A stretch of 64,000 bases of DNA from Alphaproteobacteria bacterium (GCA_965261735.1 OZ253470.1:1472001-1536000), one strand, 5' to 3'; shown: positions 31,894-40,916, counted from the first letter of the stretch. The notes: generated by a model from the letters alone, not told the origin. Program-made: numbers and translations.

Positions 31894-34155
31894 TCACGCC
31901 GCGGGCCGGAGGGCAACCTCGGCCTCGGCGCCGGTGCGCTCCGTGACACGGCCGATGATGTCGGCCCGCGCGCATCCGGCGGCCCGCAGGGCGGCCACAC
32001 AGGCGGCGGCGCGATTGCTAGGCACGCTCGCGAGCAGGCCGCCGGCCGTCTGCGGATCGAAGAGCAGGGGGTAGGACGGGTGGGTTTCGGCGCCCCTCAC
32101 ATCGAGCCGCAGCGAGGCCGCGAACGCCTCGTTCACCGGCTGTAGTGAGCTTGCGATCCCCGCCGCCATGAGTTCGCGCGCGCCATCGAGGACCGGCAAG
32201 CGGTCGAGATCGAGGGCGGCGTCGGCAGCGGAGGCGCGGAGCACCTCCAGCAGATGGCCGAGAAGGCCGAAACCGGTGACGTCGGTGCACGCCGTGGCGC
32301 CGTGGGCGACAACACACTCGGCGGCCGCCTTGTTGGAGGAGAGCATCGAGGCGAGCGCGCCTTCGACCGACCGGCTTGACGCCTCGGCCCGCATGTCGGC
32401 AGCGAAGATGGTGCCGGTGCCGAGCGCCTTGGTTAGGATCAGAGCGTCGCCCGGGCGCGCGCCTCGTTTACGCAGCAGCCGGGCCTCGTCGGCGAAGCCG
32501 TTAATCGAGAGCCCGAACGAGAGCTCCACGCTCTCGCTGGTGTGACCGCCGATCAGCGCCGCGCCGGCCTCGTTCAGCGTCTCGACCGCGCCGCTGAGCA
32601 CCTGATGCAGGTCGTGCTCGATCTTCGCCTCGGGCGCGAAGGGGAGCGAGATGAAGGCGAGCGCCGAGTGAGGCTCGGCGCCCATCGCGTAGATGTCGCC
32701 CAGGCAATGGTTCGCCGTCACCTGGCCGAACAGGAACGGATCGTCGATGAAGGCGCGGAAATGGTCAACCGTTTGCACCAGCACCTTGCCCGGCGGCGCG
32801 GCGACGATGGCGGCATCGTCGGCCGCTTCGATGCCCGCCAGCACACCATCGCGGGCGATCGGATCGAGGCGCTGCAGCGTACGCCGCAGGACCGCGCTCG
32901 CGACCTTCGCCCCGCAGCCGCCGCAGCGCATCGAGGCGTCCTCGAGCGCGCCGTTGCCGGCCGCCTGCTCGCCCATCTTGGGCAGCTTCTGGTAGCGGCC
33001 CATCCAGCGCCGGTCGATCCAGTTCTTGGCCTCCCACACCCAGCGCCCGCCGAACGCGATGGGGCCATAGGAGGCGACGGCGTAAGGGTAGCCGCTCGAG
33101 ATCAGCGCCAGCGTTCGCCGCTGTGGCTTGAAGCGCACCGGCGGCCTGTTCTCGAGCGTGCGGCGCAGCGAGCGCGCCAGCACCGGGCCCTGGCGTACGG
33201 CGTAAACACCGGACTTCGCGAGCGCCCGATCGGCGATCGAAGCGACGTTGCCGGCCGCGAACACCCGCGGATGCGAGGTCGATTCGAGCGTATCGCGCAC
33301 CCGAATAAACCCTGCGTCGTCGAGGTCGAGGCCCGTCGCCCGTAGCCACGGCGGTGCCGCGGCATGGGTGACCAGCGCCGCCGCATCGAAGGGCATATCG
33401 GCGGCGGAGTCGCACACCAACCGGCCCTCCTCGACGGCGACCACGTTATGCGCAAGATGAAGGTCGATCCCGCGCGCCTCGACCAATCCCTGCACCCTGC
33501 GGCGGGCGGCGGCACCGTGGCTGTCGAGGAACTGAGGCGAGCGCGAGACGATCGCGACCGACAGGCGGTCAGGGTCGCGGCCCTGGTCGCGGAGTAGCTC
33601 GTGCAACCGGTATTGCAGCGAAAACGCGACCTCCGCTCCACCTGCACCGCCCCCGATGACGACGACGCGGAACACACCTTCTCCCGCGAGCAGCGCCTCC
33701 TCGACGCCGCGCCAGCGGGCCAGGAACGTCTCCACGGGGCGCACCGGAATGGCGCGCTCGGCGCCCGCGATACCGGCACTGCTCGGTACCGACCCGATGT
33801 CGATGGAGAGGACGTCGAAGGGCACCGGCGGGCGCCCGTCGCAATGGACGAGGCGGCCTTCGAGATCGAGGCCGGTCGCGCCCGCATGGTACAGCCGGGC
33901 TTGTGCGAAGCGGCACAACTTGCGCAGATCGATGTGGCTGGCGGCGTGATCGTAGCGCCCCGCAAGCACGCCGGGCAGCATGCCGGTGTAGGGCGTATCG
34001 GCATCGCGCGAGACGAGCGTGAGCCGGGTCCCTGCTTGCGGCCGCATCCCGAATCGCCTGAGCACGGCGACGTGGCTGTGGCCGCCGCCGAGGAGGACGA
34101 GGTCGCGGGCGACCGGCGTGGCGCGGGCCGCCGCCCCGTTGTTGCGTGCGAACAT
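31894..34155 (-). CDS. selD: Selenide,water dikinase fused to an N-terminal FAD/NAD(P)H oxidoreductase domain
   Basis: N-part LLGGGHSH, GGGAGG, KSGVYAVRQG. C-part MRCGGCGAKV, DDAA, QTVDHF, DIYAMG, GGHT, TDVTGFGLLGH, DPQTAGGLL. Start set at 34155 because the longer ORF runs through the tRNA. Confidence 0.95.
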   Translation of the reverse strand: MFARNNGAAARATPVARDLVLLGGGHSHVAVLRRFGMRPQAGTRLTLVSRDADTPYTGMLPGVLAGRYDHAASHIDLRKLCRFAQARLYHAGATGLDLEGRLVHCDGRPPVPFDVLSIDIGSVPSSAGIAGAERAIPVRPVETFLARWRGVEEALLAGEGVFRVVVIGGGAGGAEVAFSLQYRLHELLRDQGRDPDRLSVAIVSRSPQFLDSHGAAARRRVQGLVEARGIDLHLAHNVVAVEEGRLVCDSAADMPFDAAALVTHAAAPPWLRATGLDLDDAGFIRVRDTLESTSHPRVFAAGNVASIADRALAKSGVYAVRQGPVLARSLRRTLENRPPVRFKPQRRTLALISSGYPYAVASYGPIAFGGRWVWEAKNWIDRRWMGRYQKLPKMGEQAAGNGALEDASMRCGGCGAKVASAVLRRTLQRLDPIARDGVLAGIEAADDAAIVAAPPGKVLVQTVDHFRAFIDDPFLFGQVTANHCLGDIYAMGAEPHSALAFISLPFAPEAKIEHDLHQVLSGAVETLNEAGAALIGGHTSESVELSFGLSINGFADEARLLRKRGARPGDALILTKALGTGTIFAADMRAEASSRSVEGALASMLSSNKAAAECVVAHGATACTDVTGFGLLGHLLEVLRASAADAALDLDRLPVLDGARELMAAGIASSLQPVNEAFAASLRLDVRGAETHPSYPLLFDPQTAGGLLASVPSNRAAACVAALRAAGCARADIIGRVTERTGAEAEVALRPAA

Positions 34156-34219
34156 GGAGCGAAGAATAGGACAGGCCCGCGGGCCCGTGCACGCCTTTAG
34201 GCGGGCTTCGAGGCAATCG

Positions 34220-34315
34220 TGGCGGAAGAGGGTGGGAGTCGAACCCACCAGGGACGCCTGGCGCCCCTCACCGGATTTGAAGTCCGAGCGCCCCACCGGG
34301 GTGCGATCCTCCTCC
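34220..34315 (-). tRNA. selC: tRNA-Sec (anticodon UCA)
   Basis: 96 nt; 8-bp acceptor stem GGAGGAGG/CCUCUUCC, GACUUCAAAUC anticodon arm, long variable arm, GUUCGACUC, GCCA end. Confidence 0.97.
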
Positions 34316-34325
34316 ACGCACGCGA

Positions 34326-34354
34326 ACCGTAGGACGACGCGAAGCGGCCTTCAA
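34326..34354 (-). promoter_or_regulatory. Putative sigma70 promoter for selC-selD
   Basis: Minus strand TTGAAG-17 bp-TACGGT about 10 nt before the tRNA 5' end. Confidence 0.55.
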
Positions 34355-34409
34355 GCGGATGGCGCTGGATACAATAGGCCGCCTCGTGGGCGGCGCTAAC
34401 GAGGTTGGC

Positions 34410-35201
34410 TTAGGAAACGACCGCTTCGGTGGCCTGGGTCTCGTCGTCCCACACCTTTTCCGGCATCGGCAGGCCGGCGAAGGCGGCGTCGGTGAGGGGC
34501 TCGATGGGCTCGATACCGAGTTTGCCGAGGATCATCATGAGCTGGCGCACATGCTGGCCGGAATGCCAGGTGCAGCGCTCCAGGAACTCGTGCTGCGTCT
34601 GTGCCCCGTAATAGGTGGCGATGCTGGCCTCGCCGGAACGGTCGCGGCAGTTGGCCCACCACGATTTAAGCCGTTGGCGCACCTCGTCGGCATAGAGCGC
34701 GATCTGCTCGCTCGTCTGGCGCGATTCGGGTGGCGGACTGATCAGCGTGTCGTAGGTGACCTCGGCGCCGTCGGCCGCCGCTTCCACGAAGACCTCGTGG
34801 ATCCTCGCAATATGGTGCACGAGGTCGCGATAGGAGCGCTCGCGGTCGGGCAACAGCGTGCCGAGCTGATCGTCGGGAAGCTGTCGAGTAAAGCGCGCCA
34901 GGGCGGCGAGAATGATGTCGACCCGCTCCACCAGCTCGCCGGGAGACAGCTCGGGCTTGCCCGAGTACTCAATGCCGACGAAGTCGGCGATTTCGCGCAG
35001 GACCAAGCCCTGCACGTACTGTTCGCCGCGCGAGACGACCGGAACCGTCTTGATCCCGAGGCGCAACAGTTCCGCCACCCCTTCGGGATTATTGACGACG
35101 TTTATGGATTCGTACTCAACCCCACGGGCTGACAGGAACTCTTTGGCCCTGAGACAGCTCGTTCACCCGGGTTGCCAGAAGACCTTGATCGCTTCCGCCA
35201 T
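34410..35201 (-). CDS. Predicted selenoprotein: glutaredoxin-like domain (U-T-S-C) fused to a DinB-superfamily domain, 263 aa
   Basis: ATG 35201 gives MAEAIKVFWQPG-[TGA 35163-65]-TSCLRAKEFLSARGVEYESINV, in frame with ORF 34410..35078. TVPVV cis-Pro motif; DinB histidines LVHHIA and WHSGQH. Adjacent to selC/selD. Confidence 0.9.
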
Positions 35202-35279
35202 CACGCTCGCTCCGGCTCAATTTCTGCCGATCATTATGGGACAAAGCGGCACCCCGCACAACTGGGCATCAGGCCCGAG

Positions 35280-36164
35280 CTATTGCGGCACTCGCGCGCG
35301 CGGCACCAGCTGGTGGCCGATGGCCCGCGCCTCCTTGTCGGCGCTGGCCAGAAAGGCCGCGCGCAGAGCGATCAGCACCCGCGCGGCGATCGTCTCTTCC
35401 CAGAACCAGTCCGCGAGCTGCCGGCTCGAGGGATACGGGGTGTTTGAACCCGCGGCTTCGGTATAGAAGGCGCGGAGGTCATCGGCGGCGAACCGTAGCA
35501 CCTGACCGGCCGATAGGCCGGGCTGGGGGCTCGCCGGGGCCCGCCCGGCCATGAAGGCGCCGAGGTAGGTGACGATCTCGCTGATCGCGAGCCCGCCCGG
35601 GCCCATCGTCGTACGCCCACTTGCCGCGACGGCGCGCCGATGCCAGGGCCCGATGTTCCGCACCTCGCTTTCGAGCGCCGCGTGCAAGCCCTCGGCGTCC
35701 GTCGGTGGCTCGTCGGTGGGGTCGAGCGCGATCGGGCTTACCCAGCCCTCGATACCCGCATCACCCGGCGCGTTCATGTCGAAATCGACATGCACGACCG
35801 GACCTCGCGGCGCCTCCAATAGGCCAAGCGCCTCGCGAAGCACGCGCATCTGGAAAGCGGCGTCACCGGGCGCACCGAAGGGACGGCCCAGCTCGAACGG
35901 AACCCACAACGCCCTCGGTGGTTTCATCGTGACCGAGTGGGGCCGCACCAGGCTGATCAGCGTCGTCGCCAGCCCTTCCTCTTCGAAATAATGGGCGAGC
36001 CCGCACACGGCGCGCGTGCAGTCCGGTCAGACGGGGACCAGCAGGACCGCATCGACGCCCTCGCGCTTCATGTCGCCCGCGAGCTCGCGCGCATCGGCTT
36101 CTATGTACCGAGGGTCGGTCGCACCCATATAGGAATAGTGGGTCGCCGCAAGCCCGCCGATCAC
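35280..36164 (-). CDS. Predicted GrdB/PrdB-like selenoprotein (U-P-D-C) with a C-terminal extension; 5' end missing
   Basis: VIGGLAATHYSYMGATDP...EGVDAVLLVPV-[TGA 36027-29]-PDCTRAVCGLAHYFEEEGLATT...PPRALWVPFELGRPFGAPGD in one continuous frame. Confidence 0.85.
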
Positions 36165-37328
36165 CTCGCCACCGATGCGGAGGCGGCGGTGCAAGCGGCG
36201 GCCGAGGCGCTGGCCGCTGCCGAGGCGGCGGCGCAACTCACGGCCGAAGCCGAAGCCGCGGCCCTCGCGGCGGCCGAGGCGGCGGCAGCCTTGACCGCGC
36301 AGGCGGAGGCCGCCACGACCGAGGCGGAAGCGGCGGCCGAAGTGGCGGCGATCCTGACGGCCGAAGCCGAAGCGGCCGCGGTCGAGGCGGCAGCGGCCAC
36401 GTTGGTTGCCGCCGAGGCGCAGGAGGAAGCCAACGACGCGGCGCTCGCGGGGGCTGCCGCGGAAGCGACGGCAGAAGCGGCGGCGGCCTTGACCGCCGAG
36501 GCCGAAGCCGCCGCGGCGATCGCGGAAGGGGCCGAGCAAGACGCCGCCGATGCGCTAACCAACGCCGAAGCGGCAGCGACCGCCGACCCCACCGACGCCG
36601 CGTTGGCTGAGATCGCGGCAGCGACGGCGGCCGAAGCGGAAGCGACCGCACTCGCGGCGGCGGAGACGCAGGCCGCGGCGGAAGCGGCGGCCCTCGCCGC
36701 GACCGAGGCTGAGAACACGGCTCTGGCCTCGGCGGAAGCGCAGGCCACCGCCGAGGCGGCGGCTCAAGCGGCGGCCGTGGCCCAGGCCGCAGCCGCGGCC
36801 GATCCTGAGGACGACGTCCTCGCCGAGTCGGCGACACTCGCAGCGACCGAGGCGGAGGCGGCCGCATTGGCGGCGGCCGAGACGCTGGCCGCGGCCGCGG
36901 CCGAGTCGGCGGCGCTCACGGCGGCGGAGACGCAAACTGCGGCCGACGCGGCAGCCCAGGCGGCGGCCGAGGCGCAAGCCGCGGCGGCAGCCGATCCCGA
37001 GGACAGCGTGCTGGGCGAGGCGGCCGTGCTGGCAGCCGCCGAGGCGAAGGCCGCGGCTCTGGCGGCCGCCGAAGCCCAAGCGGCGGCCGAGTCGGCGGCG
37101 CGGGCGGCAGCCGAGGCGGAAGCCGCGGTCGCGGATTCCGAAACCGCCCTTACCGAGGTAGCGACGGTTGTCACCGAATCCACAACGGCCGCGGCAACGG
37201 CGATCACGAGCGCGGCCACCGGCGAGCTCACCGCAGAGGTCATCGCCGAGGTCAACAGCCTGCTCGGGCTCGAAGACGTCGACGCGGGCGTGATTGACGC
37301 GATCCTGCTCCGCGACAGTCCGGACTAG
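36165..37328 (+). CDS. Ala/Glu-rich repetitive coiled-coil-like protein; 5' end missing
   Basis: About 385 codons of AEA-type repeats with three ADP(T/E)D-xxLxE units (near 36582, 36798, 36991); C-terminal ELTAEVIAEVNSLLGL. No credible start after the junction. Confidence 0.7.
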   Translation, partial: LATDAEAAVQAAAEALAAAEAAAQLTAEAEAAALAAAEAAAALTAQAEAATTEAEAAAEVAAILTAEAEAAAVEAAAATLVAAEAQEEANDAALAGAAAEATAEAAAALTAEAEAAAAIAEGAEQDAADALTNAEAAATADPTDAALAEIAAATAAEAEATALAAAETQAAAEAAALAATEAENTALASAEAQATAEAAAQAAAVAQAAAAADPEDDVLAESATLAATEAEAAALAAAETLAAAAAESAALTAAETQTAADAAAQAAAEAQAAAAADPEDSVLGEAAVLAAAEAKAAALAAAEAQAAAESAARAAAEAEAAVADSETALTEVATVVTESTTAAATAITSAATGELTAEVIAEVNSLLGLEDVDAGVIDAILLRDSPD

Positions 37329-37390
37329 CGCCGCGCCCCCGCCGACAGGCCGGGGCGCTTCCACGGCCAGGTTCGGACCGGAGAACGGGC

Positions 37391-37909
37391 ATGGTGGCAA
37401 CCGATCCCACCTCGCAGCGGCTCGTCTACCGCAAGCTGTCGCCCGCCGACTTGGACGCGTTTCATGCCCTGGTGACGGACGGCCACGTCCGGCGCTACCT
37501 CCTGGACGGCGAGACGATGCCGCGCGCCTGGTCGGCGAGCGTTATCCGCGCGAGTCAAAAGATGTTTCGCGAGAGGGGAGTCGGACTTTGGCTCGTCTCG
37601 CCGTCCGAGAGTGCAGCGCCGCCCGCCGGCTTCTGTGGCTTCCTCGTGTTCGAGGAGCTCGGCGAGGAGCCGCAACTGTCCTACGCGTTCCTGCAGAGCC
37701 ACACCGCGAAGGGGTACGCGACCGAGGCGGCGCGCGCGCTGGTGAGCTACGCCCGTGACGAGGCGCGCATGGATGAGATCGTCTCCGCCGTCGATGAGCC
37801 CAACATCGCCTCGATGCGAGTCCTGGAGAAGGTCGGGTTCCGACGCTACGGCAGCGTCCCTGGGGCCTTCGGCCAGATCGTGCTCTTCGAGCTCGCGGCC
37901 GAGGCCTGA
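37391..37909 (+). CDS. GNAT N-acetyltransferase (RimJ/RimL-like)
   Basis: KGYATEAA, NIASMRVLEKVGF. Confidence 0.9.
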   Translation: MVATDPTSQRLVYRKLSPADLDAFHALVTDGHVRRYLLDGETMPRAWSASVIRASQKMFRERGVGLWLVSPSESAAPPAGFCGFLVFEELGEEPQLSYAFLQSHTAKGYATEAARALVSYARDEARMDEIVSAVDEPNIASMRVLEKVGFRRYGSVPGAFGQIVLFELAAEA

Positions 37910-37920
37910 GCCCTCGCCCG

Positions 37921-38832
37921 TTAGGGCGGTGGCGCGCGGTGGCGTTCGAACAGGCGCTTGCCCCAGGCCGGAAAGGCGAGCGCCGGCAGGGCGACGCCGA
38001 ATACCACGAGGCTGATGGCGAAGATGTCGCGCCCGCTGATGCTCTCGCCGAGAACGAGAGCTGCGAGCGGTACGCCGAGCGGCGCGATGAGCACGAAATA
38101 GAGGGTGATGCGGCCCACCGGCATATGGCGCACCGCGTAGTTGAACAGGAAGAAGGTCGCCCCGCTGACGCCCGCGGCGAGGTAGAGAATCGCGAGCCAC
38201 GCCTCGAGCCCGGCACCCAACGCGCGGGCCGCGAACGCGTCTGCTCCCTGGTCGAGGAGGCCGGCGCCGGCGCCAACGAGCGCGGCACCGAACAGCAGAT
38301 AGGCCGTGACGACGAGCGGCTCGCCGTGCACCTGGGCGACGCGGCGCAGGATGAGGAGCTGCAGGCAGACGAGGAACAGCGCCGACGCGATCATGACATC
38401 GCCGATGACCGACGCTTCCGTTTCGCCGCCGCCGACGACGAGCACCAGCGTGCCGGCGAAGGCGATAATCGATCCGGCCAGCACGCGCGCCGTGATCGGC
38501 TCCTTGAGCAGGGCGCGCCCGAGCAGCGTCGTCATCAGCGGCATCAGGGAGACGAGGACGGTGGCATGAATGGCGGTGGTGAGCGACAGGCCCCAGTAGA
38601 TCCCGAGCGCGGCCACGCCCTCGAGAAGGCCGGCGGCGAACACCGTGGCCGCGAAGCCGCGAAACCAGATGGCGCGCCGGGTCATGAGGACGATCGCCCA
38701 CATGATCAAGGCCGCCATGCCATAGCGCAGCGCCACGACCCCGAACGGCGGCAGCGCGGCGAGCGCGATCTTTCCGGCGATAAACGAGGAGGCCGTCAGT
38801 AGGACGGCGAGGCTCATCGCGAGATGGGGCAC
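37921..38832 (-). CDS. DMT/EamA family transporter
   Basis: Two EamA repeats (LLKEPI, LGESI), about 10 TM segments. Confidence 0.88.
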   Translation of the reverse strand: MPHLAMSLAVLLTASSFIAGKIALAALPPFGVVALRYGMAALIMWAIVLMTRRAIWFRGFAATVFAAGLLEGVAALGIYWGLSLTTAIHATVLVSLMPLMTTLLGRALLKEPITARVLAGSIIAFAGTLVLVVGGGETEASVIGDVMIASALFLVCLQLLILRRVAQVHGEPLVVTAYLLFGAALVGAGAGLLDQGADAFAARALGAGLEAWLAILYLAAGVSGATFFLFNYAVRHMPVGRITLYFVLIAPLGVPLAALVLGESISGRDIFAISLVVFGVALPALAFPAWGKRLFERHRAPPP

Positions 38833-38910
38833 GGGCTGGAGCCTAGCGCAGCAGGGCCGCGAAAGCGCAGATCAGACCGCGTGCGACCATCCGGCACCGG
38901 CTCGAGGAGT

Positions 38911-38987
38911 TGGCGCGCCCGGAGGGATTCGAACCCCCGACCCCCAGATTCGTAGTCTGGTGCTCTATCCAGCTGAGCTACGGGCGC
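38911..38987 (-). tRNA. tRNA-Arg (anticodon ACG)
   Basis: GCGCCCGTAGCTCAGCTGGATAGAGCACCAGACTACGAATCTGGGGGTCGGGGGTTCGAATCCCTCCGGGCGCGCCA, 77 nt. Confidence 0.97.
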
Positions 38988-39218
38988 CCGCGTTGCCGCG
39001 TCGCGGCGATTACGGCCTTGCGGAGAGGCCGGAGGCTACCCAAAAGCAGCCGACCTGGCAAGCCGGCGGCCGGCGCTCGCCCGTGGGCCGGCGCAAATCT
39101 CCCTTGTCCCAGGCTGACCCATTGACTAACATCGCCCAGCTAACTCCTGAGGGGCACTGGATTTCTTGAGCTTAAACGCGGCGCGCGCGCGCGACGCCCT
39201 CCGCGACGACAACAAGGG

Positions 39219-40400
39219 GTGGGATCAGGCGTGGCACTTCGGACATCGGCGGCGGCGCTTTTAGGCGCGGTCGTACTACTCGGCGGCTGCTCATTCGCGA
39301 CCGATTCGCTGTGGCCGTCGCTCACCGGCGCGGAGCCGTCGCGGCCCGCGGCCGAGAAGATCGAGATCGCCGCATCCGAAACCGAGCAGGCGGCGCCGAC
39401 GCTCACGCCGACGCCGCCACCGCCGGTCCTCGGTACGACCAGCTTCGAGCCGCCGGCGGCCACCCAGTTCGCGGCGACCGGAACGTTCGTCGGGCAAAAG
39501 GTCGGGGTGCATGCCGGAGAGCTCGACACGCTGAGGCGGCAGATCAGCGTGCGCAACGGCCAGCTTCAACAGATCCGTGACGCCACCACCGAGAACTCGC
39601 GCCGCTATCACGGCACCGTCGCGGCGATCAACGCGCGCCTGCAGCTCGGCACGACGCCCGGTAACCCGGTGCTCATCACGCAATGGAACGACGCCCAGGG
39701 CGAGCTCGACCGACTCGGTACCGACATCGCCTCGATGAATAGCCTCGCCAACCAGGTGGCGAGCGATTCGTCCTTGGCCGCGTTCATCCTCGAATCGGTG
39801 CGCGCCACCTATGGGCTCGCCGGCGCCATCGACGAGGACCATCGCCAGCTCGCGATCCTCGAGGACGAAACCAACCGCACCGCGGTCCTCATCGACCGCT
39901 TGCTCAACGAGCTCAGCGAGGACGTGAGCCGCCAGACGGCCTACGTCGGCAACGAGCGGCGCAATCTCACGACCCTGTCGCTGGCGATCAAGAACGGTGA
40001 ACTCTTCGGGACCAGCCTGGCCAACCGCGCCTACGCCTTGGCGGCCCCGCTGGCGAGCGTGGCGCCGTCGACGACGACGCGCAGCTTCGCCGCCGCCAAC
40101 CGCCGGCCGCTCGTGGTGATCCGCTTCGACCGCGCCGACGTGCCCTACGAGCAGGCGCTCTATTCGGCGGTCGCGCGCGCACTCGAGGCGCGCCCCCAGG
40201 CGGGCTTCGACCTGGTTGCGGTCGCCGCCAGTCAGGGCACCGCGGCCGATGCGGCGCTCAATGCTTCGAAGGTGCGCAAGAATGCGGAGGCCGTGATGCG
40301 CTCGCTGATCGAGATGGGCCTGCCGGCCAACCGCGTGATCCTGAGCTCGACGACGAGCCCCGCCGCGGCGACGAACGAAGTCCACGTCTACGTACGCTAG
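39219..40400 (+). CDS. Hypothetical lipoprotein with a coiled-coil region
   Basis: Lipobox LLGGC; LQLGTTPGNP; PLVVIRFDR; NEVHVYVR. Confidence 0.8.
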   Translation: MGSGVALRTSAAALLGAVVLLGGCSFATDSLWPSLTGAEPSRPAAEKIEIAASETEQAAPTLTPTPPPPVLGTTSFEPPAATQFAATGTFVGQKVGVHAGELDTLRRQISVRNGQLQQIRDATTENSRRYHGTVAAINARLQLGTTPGNPVLITQWNDAQGELDRLGTDIASMNSLANQVASDSSLAAFILESVRATYGLAGAIDEDHRQLAILEDETNRTAVLIDRLLNELSEDVSRQTAYVGNERRNLTTLSLAIKNGELFGTSLANRAYALAAPLASVAPSTTTRSFAAANRRPLVVIRFDRADVPYEQALYSAVARALEARPQAGFDLVAVAASQGTAADAALNASKVRKNAEAVMRSLIEMGLPANRVILSSTTSPAAATNEVHVYVR

Positions 40401-40459
40401 GCCTGCCCCGGCAACACCGGGGCGGCGGCCCGCGGCGCCCGGTTGAGCGCCGCCGCCAC

Positions 40460-40804
40460 CTACACCCCGAGGCCGGCAACGCGGCTCACGTCGGTCCAGT
40501 TCTCACCGGCGGCGACGACACGGCTGAGTCCGTCCGGCGTCGTCACGACGATCGTCCAGTGCGCACCGTCCGTGGTGGCGAACACCTCGATCACGGCGCC
40601 GCTCTCGGCGAGCCCCATGGCGACGGGGGTTTCCTTGTACTGTGCGCCGAGAATCTGCATGACCTCGGCGCGCGGCGCCGGGACCTGCTGTGCCGACGCC
40701 TGGCGCGACGTGGCGGCAATACCTGAGAGCACCACTACCGCCGAAGCGATGGCGGCAAAGACGCGGACACCGGCTTTGATCGCCCGTCGGGTCGTATAAT
40801 CCAT
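40460..40804 (-). CDS. Small secreted hypothetical protein
   Basis: AAGGAGG RBS; signal peptide; YKETPVAMGL...WTIVVTTPDG...AAGENW. Confidence 0.8.
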   Translation of the reverse strand: MDYTTRRAIKAGVRVFAAIASAVVVLSGIAATSRQASAQQVPAPRAEVMQILGAQYKETPVAMGLAESGAVIEVFATTDGAHWTIVVTTPDGLSRVVAAGENWTDVSRVAGLGV

Positions 40805-40916
40805 GTCGTCCTCCTTGGGTCCTAGTGGTTGCGCCTGGTTATGAAACGACTGTTACAAAACGAGGCCGAAAAAATGCCGTTTTCTCAAGAACGGCCGAAC
40901 TATTGGTCAGATGGGG

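Noticed and set aside
34156-34317. 54-aa N-terminal extension of SelD in the ORF track
   Set aside because: It is a translation through the tRNA-Sec gene; the real start is most likely ATG 34155.
36165-37300. Repetitive DNA as a possible CRISPR or non-coding array, and its antisense Ala/Ser-rich ORFs
   Set aside because: The repeats are degenerate and codon-phased with no constant repeat-spacer structure and no cas genes. The minus-strand ORFs are shadows of the plus-strand gene.
38911-38987. tRNA-Arg or tRNA-Sec as integration sites
   Set aside because: No integrase in the window and no duplicated tRNA 3' end noticed by eye.
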